NCBI GenBank assembly: GCA_965203055.1
Contig: OZ241863.1
Span: forward strand, 73,313 to 137,312
DNA length: 64,000 nucleotides
From: Spirochaetia bacterium
GTDB taxonomy: Bacteria; Spirochaetota; Spirochaetia; SZUA-6; Bin103
Reading direction: 5' to 3'
Positions 58,701 through 64,000 of the stretch are shown here, in pieces; position 1 is the first letter of the stretch, and every line of letters begins with the position of its first letter. Position numbers and translations under genes: made by a program. The notes under the pieces are model-generated. The model saw nothing but the letters and a program-made list of their open reading frames with translations. It searched no databases and had not been told where the DNA came from.

Positions 58701-59528
58701 TCACGCTCCCGGCACGCGGCCCAAGCGCGCCCCGCAGCGCCGGCAGAAGGCGGCATCCAGCTCGTGGCCCCGGCGGCCGCAGGCCGGACAGCGCCGGCGG
58801 TTGCGGGCATGGATGGTCTCGGACACCACCTCGGCGGTGACCAGTCCGGTGGGTACGGCGATGATACCGTAGCCCATGATCATGATCACCGCGGCGATGC
58901 TCTGGCCCAGCCCGGTGCGCGGCGTGACATTCCCGTAGCCCACCGTAGTGAGGGTCACGATGGTCCAATACATGCTTTGCGGGATGCTGGTAAAGCCGTT
59001 CTCCTCGCCCTCGACCACGTAGATCAGCGAGCCCAGGATCACCGCAATGATCAACACGCTGAACAGGAACACCGTGATCTTGCGCCGACTGGCGCGCAGC
59101 GCGCCCAGGATCACCGCGGCTTCCGCCATGTAGGGAACCAGCTTCAGAACCCGAAACACGCGCAGCACGCGCAGGAGCCGCAACACTGCCAGGTAATGGG
59201 TTCCGGGCAGCACCAGTGCGAGGAACGCCGGCAGCACCGCCAGCAGGTCGATGATCCCGAAGAAGCTCGCCGCATAGCGCTGCGGCTGGCGAACCGCGGT
59301 CAGACGCAGCAGATATTCGACCAGGAACACGCCGGTGAACACCCACTCGGCCGCTCGCAAAGCCGAAATCCAGTTCGCGGTTGCGGCGGAACTCTCGGCC
59401 AGCACCACCGCGACGCTGGCGATGATGACGGCAATCAGGACCACGTCGAAGGTGCGGCCGGCGCGGGTATCGGACAGGAAGATGATGGTATGCAGCCGTT
59501 CGCGCCAGTCGGGGAACGATTGCTTCAT
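58701..59528 (-). CDS. Voltage-gated-type potassium channel (6TM, Kv-like) with C-terminal zinc-ribbon
   Basis: S4 helix with Arg every third residue (LRLLRVLRVFRVLKLV), selectivity filter TVGYG, C-terminal CPACG…CRRCG. Confidence 0.8.
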   Translation of the reverse strand: MKQSFPDWRERLHTIIFLSDTRAGRTFDVVLIAVIIASVAVVLAESSAATANWISALRAAEWVFTGVFLVEYLLRLTAVRQPQRYAASFFGIIDLLAVLPAFLALVLPGTHYLAVLRLLRVLRVFRVLKLVPYMAEAAVILGALRASRRKITVFLFSVLIIAVILGSLIYVVEGEENGFTSIPQSMYWTIVTLTTVGYGNVTPRTGLGQSIAAVIMIMGYGIIAVPTGLVTAEVVSETIHARNRRRCPACGRRGHELDAAFCRRCGARLGRVPGA

Positions 59529-59626
59529 CGCGCTGCCGCCGCGTGCCGATTCGCCGCCGCGCGCCGGCGGAGGCGCGCGAGGACGACGGTTGTGTGGCAG
59601 TCAGGGTCGAGGGTGCGCAGGAGGCG

Positions 59627-61084
59627 TCAGGCCGTGGCGCGCTGCGCCGCCGGCAGCTCGAGGAAGCCATCCTCGATCTGACCTCCCAGGCTGCGGAGCT
59701 TGGTCAATACCGCCTGGTAGCCGCGTTCGATGTTGCCGACTTCGGTAAGCGTGCTCTCCCCGTCCGCCACCAGCGCGGCCAGCAGATAGGCGAAGCCGGC
59801 GCGCAGATCGGGCACTTCCAGCTCGCACGCCTGCAGCGAGGTCGGGCCTGAAATCAGCGCGCTGTGCTCGCAGCCGCGGTTGTGGAAGCGGCACCGCCGG
59901 GGGCCGAGGCACGCGGTGTGCAGCTCGATCGCGGCACCCATCTCGCCAAGTGCGGCGACGTAGCCGAGGCGGTGTTCGTAGACGGTCTCATGGACGGTGG
60001 AGACGCCGTCCGCCTGGGTCAGCAGGACCACCAGCGGCGGTTGCCAGTCGGTCATGAACCCAGGATGCGGGGCGGTCTCCATCAGCACCGGGCGCGGCGT
60101 GCGCGGACCGCGGAAGCGGATGCCGCCGGGCTCCACGTCGCAGCAGCCGCCGGCGGCGCGCAGCGTGGTCAGGAAGGCGCTCAGGTGCGCGGGCTCCGCG
60201 CCGTGCACGAATACGTCGCCGCGCGTGGCGACCGCCGCGGCGGCGTAGGAGGCGGCCTCCAGCCGGTCGCCGATGACCCGGTGACGGGCGCCGTGGAAGC
60301 GCGCTACCCCATCGATCACCCAGGTACGCCCGCGCCGGCGCCGGATGCGCGCGCCCAGCGCCCGCAAGAAGCCGACCAGGTTGCAGATCTCCGGCTCGAT
60401 GGCCGCGTTGCGGATTATCGTTTGCCCGTCGGCGCCGGCTGCCGCCAACAGGAGCTGCTCGGTGGCGCCGACGCTCGGGTAGTCCAGGCGGATGGCGGCG
60501 CCGCGCAGCGCGCTGCAGCGCACGCGGGTAATGCCGTCGTCCCGTTCGATCTCGGCACCCAGGCTGCGCAGCCCCGCGAGGTGGTAGTCGATCGGCCGGC
60601 GGCCGATGGCGTCGCCGCCGATCGACGCGATCTGGGCGCGCCCGAGACGCCGCAACAGCACTGCCAGGAAGATCACGCAGCAGCGATGCTCCGGGCTCAC
60701 GTCCGCAGGAATGCGCCAATCGGTGATCGTGGACGGGTCTATCTCCAGGGTGGCTTCGCCAAGCCAGCGCCAGCGCACGCCGAGGGCGGAACAGATGCGC
60801 AGCGTCAACTCCACCTCGCCGATACGCGGCACGTTGTCCAGCACGCTCGGCTCCTCCGCCAGCAATGCGGCAATGATCAGCTTGGGGGCCGCGTTCTTCG
60901 CGCCGGCGACGTGGATCTCGCCGCGCAGCGGACGCCCGCCGCTGACGCTGTAGAAGCGCTCCCCCCGCGCCGGCGGCGCGGGCACGGCGCGCCCGGCAAT
61001 GGCGACGTGGCGGCGCTCGGGCAACGCCGGCCCAGCCACCGCGGCAACGGGTTCGCCCGGATCAGAGTAACGGTATGCGCGCAC
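59627..61084 (-). CDS. murA: UDP-N-acetylglucosamine 1-carboxyvinyltransferase
   Basis: …RGEIHVAGAKNAAPKLIIAALLA… . The true start is probably about 25-35 codons downstream of the first ATG, at a non-ATG codon. Confidence 0.85.
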   Translation of the reverse strand: MRAYRYSDPGEPVAAVAGPALPERRHVAIAGRAVPAPPARGERFYSVSGGRPLRGEIHVAGAKNAAPKLIIAALLAEEPSVLDNVPRIGEVELTLRICSALGVRWRWLGEATLEIDPSTITDWRIPADVSPEHRCCVIFLAVLLRRLGRAQIASIGGDAIGRRPIDYHLAGLRSLGAEIERDDGITRVRCSALRGAAIRLDYPSVGATEQLLLAAAGADGQTIIRNAAIEPEICNLVGFLRALGARIRRRRGRTWVIDGVARFHGARHRVIGDRLEAASYAAAAVATRGDVFVHGAEPAHLSAFLTTLRAAGGCCDVEPGGIRFRGPRTPRPVLMETAPHPGFMTDWQPPLVVLLTQADGVSTVHETVYEHRLGYVAALGEMGAAIELHTACLGPRRCRFHNRGCEHSALISGPTSLQACELEVPDLRAGFAYLLAALVADGESTLTEVGNIERGYQAVLTKLRSLGGQIEDGFLELPAAQRATA

Positions 61085-61173
61085 GGCCCCTCCCCAGCGC
61101 TAAAGCTCTCTAGCCGCTTTCTCTAATGTTCGGCTGAGGAGGGTGGCGGGCTAAGCGAAATGGCGGGGACGGG

Positions 61174-61425
61174 TCAGGATTGCCGGATGCCGTAGCGGCG
61201 GCGGAACTTCTCGATCCGGCCGGCGCTGTCCACCAGGGTCTGCTTGCCGGTGTAGAACGGGTGCGAGGCGCTCGATATTTCGATGTTGATCAACGGGTAC
61301 TCGTTGCCGTCCTGCCACGTGATCCGTTCTCTCGAGGAACAGGTGGACCGGCTCAGGAAGGCAAAATCGGAGGAGGTGTCCTTGAACACCACGAACCCGT
61401 ACTTCGGATGGATCTCATTCTGCAT
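61174..61425 (-). CDS. rpmE2: 50S ribosomal protein L31, type B (zinc-ribbon-less)
   Basis: MQNEIHPKY…HPFYTGKQ…[11 protein letters not shown], without the CxxC pairs. Confidence 0.8.
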   Translation of the reverse strand: MQNEIHPKYGFVVFKDTSSDFAFLSRSTCSSRERITWQDGNEYPLINIEISSASHPFYTGKQTLVDSAGRIEKFRRRYGIRQS

Positions 61426-61461
61426 GGGCGAAGCCTCTCTCAGGGTGCGCCGGAGGCCGCG

Positions 61462-61923
61462 CTAACCGCTCTCCGGCTGCCGCATAGTATACCAAACGCC
61501 GCGCCCGAGGGACAGCTTCTTGGTATTCGGGATCTCGGGGGTGGTGCCCTTGCGGTACCCCCAGAACCGCTCGATCACTTCTTCCGAGAAGTCGATCTGA
61601 GTCATCTGCTGCAGCTCTTCGATCTGTTCCCACGACGCCTTCCTGGACTTCTGCTGCGCAGGAGTCATCTCGCGGATTTCTTCCTCGTACTGCTCGATCA
61701 GGGAATCGATCATCTCCGCCAGCTCCTCCTTGCCGACGCGCGGCGCCTCGGGAGCCACCGCGGCGGTCGCGGCCGGGCTCCCCGCCGGCTCCGGGGCGTC
61801 GGCCGCCGCCTCCTCCGGGGCCGGCTCCGGGGCGGCCTCCGGCGGCGGGTCCGGCTTGCGGCGGAAGGTGCGGTAGAGGACGTAGACGGCGACTACGACG
61901 CCGGCCAGGAGCGCCCAGGTCAC
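61462..61923 (-). CDS. Hypothetical membrane-anchored protein with Pro/Ala/Glu-rich linker
   Basis: 153 aa. N-terminal TM helix, low-complexity PEAAPEPAPEEAAADAPEP segment, then a helical C-terminal domain. No recognisable family. Confidence 0.35.
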   Translation of the reverse strand: MTWALLAGVVVAVYVLYRTFRRKPDPPPEAAPEPAPEEAAADAPEPAGSPAATAAVAPEAPRVGKEELAEMIDSLIEQYEEEIREMTPAQQKSRKASWEQIEELQQMTQIDFSEEVIERFWGYRKGTTPEIPNTKKLSLGRGVWYTMRQPESG

Positions 61924-62104
61924 CGGCGGGCGCCCCGCGCGGCGGCGGCTTGCGGGGGCGGGCGCCGTCCGGCCCCCGCGTCAACCTCGTGATTCGTACG
62001 TGCAGGCATGTTCGGCCTCAGCATAGGAGGTTGTGGCACTGCCGACAACCTCCCGGCAGTGAGCGGCGTCGACGCGGCCGGGAGAATAGCGGTACTGTGG
62101 CCTC

Positions 62105-63398
62105 GATGGCGGTCTCGAAGCCGCTCCACGGAGTCACGGTGCTGGACCTGACGCGCGTCCTCGCCGGGCCCTTCTGCACCATGGTGCTGCGCGACCTGGG
62201 CGCCGACGTGATCAAGGTGGAGCCGCCGGAAGGCGATGAGGCGCGCGGCTTCGGACCGTTCCTGCCGGGCGAGGAAGCCGGCAAGCGCGGCGCTTCGGCC
62301 TACTTTACCAGCCTCAACTGCGGCAAGCGCTCGGTGGTGCTGGACCTGAAGCGCGGCGGCGGGCGGACCGCGCTGGCCGAGCTGATCCGCCGCGCCGACG
62401 TCCTGGTGGAAAACTTCCGGCCCGGCACCCTGGCGCGACTCGGCTTCCCGCCGGAGCGCCTGCAGCAGCTCAACCCGCGGCTGGTGTACGCCGCGGTCAG
62501 CGGTTTCGGCGCCACCGGCCCCGCGGCCCAGCGCCCGGCCTACGACCTGATCATCCAGGCACTGTCGGGCCTGATGTCGATCACCGGCACCGCGCCGGAC
62601 GAGGCGGCGGCGGACCCGGCGCAGGGCGGCGCGGCGCAGCGCGGGCGGCGGGTGCGCGTCGGCACCTCGATCGCCGACATCGTCAGCGGCCTGTACGCCG
62701 CCATCGGCATCGCCGCGGCCCTGGTCCGGCGCGCGCAGAGCGGACCGGGGGCGCAGCTCGACCTGGGAATGCTGGATGCCACCGTCTCGGTACTGGAAAA
62801 CGCGATCGCCCGCTATCAGGTCACCGGCTCGGCGCCGGAACCGCTGGGCACGCGCCATCCCTCCATTACCCCGTTCGAGACCTATGCCACCGCCGACGAC
62901 GAGATCGTGGTGGCGGCCGGCAACGACCGCCTGTTCGCGGCCCTGTGCGCGGCGCTCGAGCGGCGCGAGCTGGTGAACGACCCGCGCTTCGCCGGCAACG
63001 CCGCCCGCAACGAGCACGCGGCGGCGCTGAAGGGGGAGTTGGAGAGCGTGTTGGCGCGCCGCTCCAGCCGTACCTGGCTGCCGCGGCTGGCCGCGGCCGG
63101 CGTCCCCGCGGCGGCGGTGAACACGGTGGCGGACCTGTTCCACGACCCGCAGCTCGCGGCGCGCGGCATGTTGCTGCCGGTGAGCGGCAGCGGCGGCCTG
63201 CTGGTTCCCGGCAGCCCGCTCAAGTTCGCCGGCAGCGCGCCGGAGCGGGCGCGGCCGCCGGCGCCGGCGCTCGGCGAGCATACCGAGCAGGTGTTGGCCG
63301 AGCTGGCCGCGGCCCGCGCACAGGGCGGGCCGGGCGGGCCGGAAGGCGCACCGCCGCAGCGCGGCGCCTCACCGGCAACGGGCGGCGGCCCAGCGTAG
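62105..63398 (+). CDS. CoA-transferase family III protein (CaiB/BaiF-like)
   Basis: Start at MAVSKPLHGVTVLDLTRVLAGPFCTMVL. Asp in …GDE…, GxxGP pattern. Confidence 0.75.
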
Positions 63399-63779
63399 CG
63401 CGGCGGCTACCCGGTCACCGAGCAGGGCGGCCCCGTCGGCGGCGCTGACCCAACGGTACTCGTGGTGCTCCGGGCGGCCCAGCTCGGGGCTGACCGGCAG
63501 GGTCACCGCCGCCTGGCCGGTACGGCCCAGGTAGTAGCGCGCCACCTTGCCGCCGGCATACGGCGCGGTCTCGTAATAGTCGCCGCCCCACGCCAACTCC
63601 ACCTGCTCGATGCCGGTCTCTTCGCGCAGTTCGCGCACGGCCGCGGCCAGCGGCTCCTCGCCGGGCGCGACCAGTCCCTTGGGAAAATCCCAGTAGCGGT
63701 ACGCGCGCAACAGCAGGAAGCGCGGGCCGGCGGCGGTGGCGCGCACCGGGACGATACCGGCGGAGAGACGCGCCGCCAT
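63369..63779 (-). CDS. NUDIX hydrolase
   Basis: Nudix box GKVARYYLGRTGQAAVTL…REL-REETGIE (REx2EE). Start at MAARLS. Confidence 0.7.
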   Translation of the reverse strand: MAARLSAGIVPVRATAAGPRFLLLRAYRYWDFPKGLVAPGEEPLAAAVRELREETGIEQVELAWGGDYYETAPYAGGKVARYYLGRTGQAAVTLPVSPELGRPEHHEYRWVSAADGAALLGDRVAAALRWAAARCR

Positions 63780-63805
63780 ATTCCGGGATTCCGGGCCGGG
63801 GCGCG

Positions 63806-64000
63806 CTACTCCGGCAGGTGGAACACCGCCATCTTGGTCTCGGTCATCTCCTGCACCGCGTACTTGGGGCCCTCCTTGCCCATGCCGCTCTCCTTCACGC
63901 CGCCGTACGGCATCATGTCGGCGCGCCATTGGGTGCCCCAGTTCACGTGCAGGTTGCCCGACTCGCACTCGCGCACGAATTTCATCGCCCAATCCACGTT
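63806..64000 (-). CDS. Aldehyde dehydrogenase family protein, C-terminal end (N-terminus outside window)
   Basis: …GNLHVNWGTQWRADMMPYGGVKESGMGKEGPKYAVQEMTETK matches the ALDH C-terminus (PFGGxKxSG). Confidence 0.6.
   Translation of the reverse strand, partial: NVDWAMKFVRECESGNLHVNWGTQWRADMMPYGGVKESGMGKEGPKYAVQEMTETKMAVFHLPE

Overview
High-GC (about 70% by eye) bacterial chromosomal segment, about 90% coding, with roughly 65 genes and two tRNAs. The housekeeping backbone includes: an Opp/Dpp-like oligopeptide ABC operon; rpoN-hpf-hprK-ptsH-lexA-holA; uvrC; tRNA-Ala; dcd; gltA; a PhoR/PhoB-like two-component pair; htpG; trpS; folC; murA; rpmE. A two-subunit molybdopterin oxidoreductase, arfB, a DrrAB-like exporter, chrA and a Kv-type potassium channel are also present. 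Interspersed are clearly accessory, lower-GC loci. (1) A MntA/HepT-type nucleotidyltransferase-HEPN pair next to a DUF4143 ATPase. (2) A tandem of a fused ABC-ATPase plus DUF4435/Toprim protein (PARIS AriA-AriB-like, in one polypeptide) followed by an AAA-ATPase with a PD-(D/E)xK C-terminus. (3) A roughly 4 kb low-GC islet abutting the 3' end of tRNA-Leu(CAG), carrying a Dam-class N6-adenine methyltransferase convergent with an overlapping two-gene operon of an NYN-family nuclease and a NACHT/STAND NTPase ending in pentapeptide repeats. The islet appears to have clipped the C-terminus of a resident AAA_21-type ATPase. (4) A HigB toxin followed by an E. coli-type HigA fused to an ImmA/IrrE (DUF955, HEXXH) metallopeptidase domain. 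(5) A VapB-VapC pair whose PIN toxin lacks its N-terminal catalytic segment. (6) A tightly overlapping five-gene operon: PurO-like, tag, NYN+LOTUS, an alkyltransferase-like Atl with Trp replacing the active-site Cys, and DUF402. The NYN-plus-NACHT/pentapeptide module and its islet context are the best candidates for an undescribed defence system. No CRISPR array, integrase or transposase was seen. All family assignments come from motif reading by eye, not from database searches.
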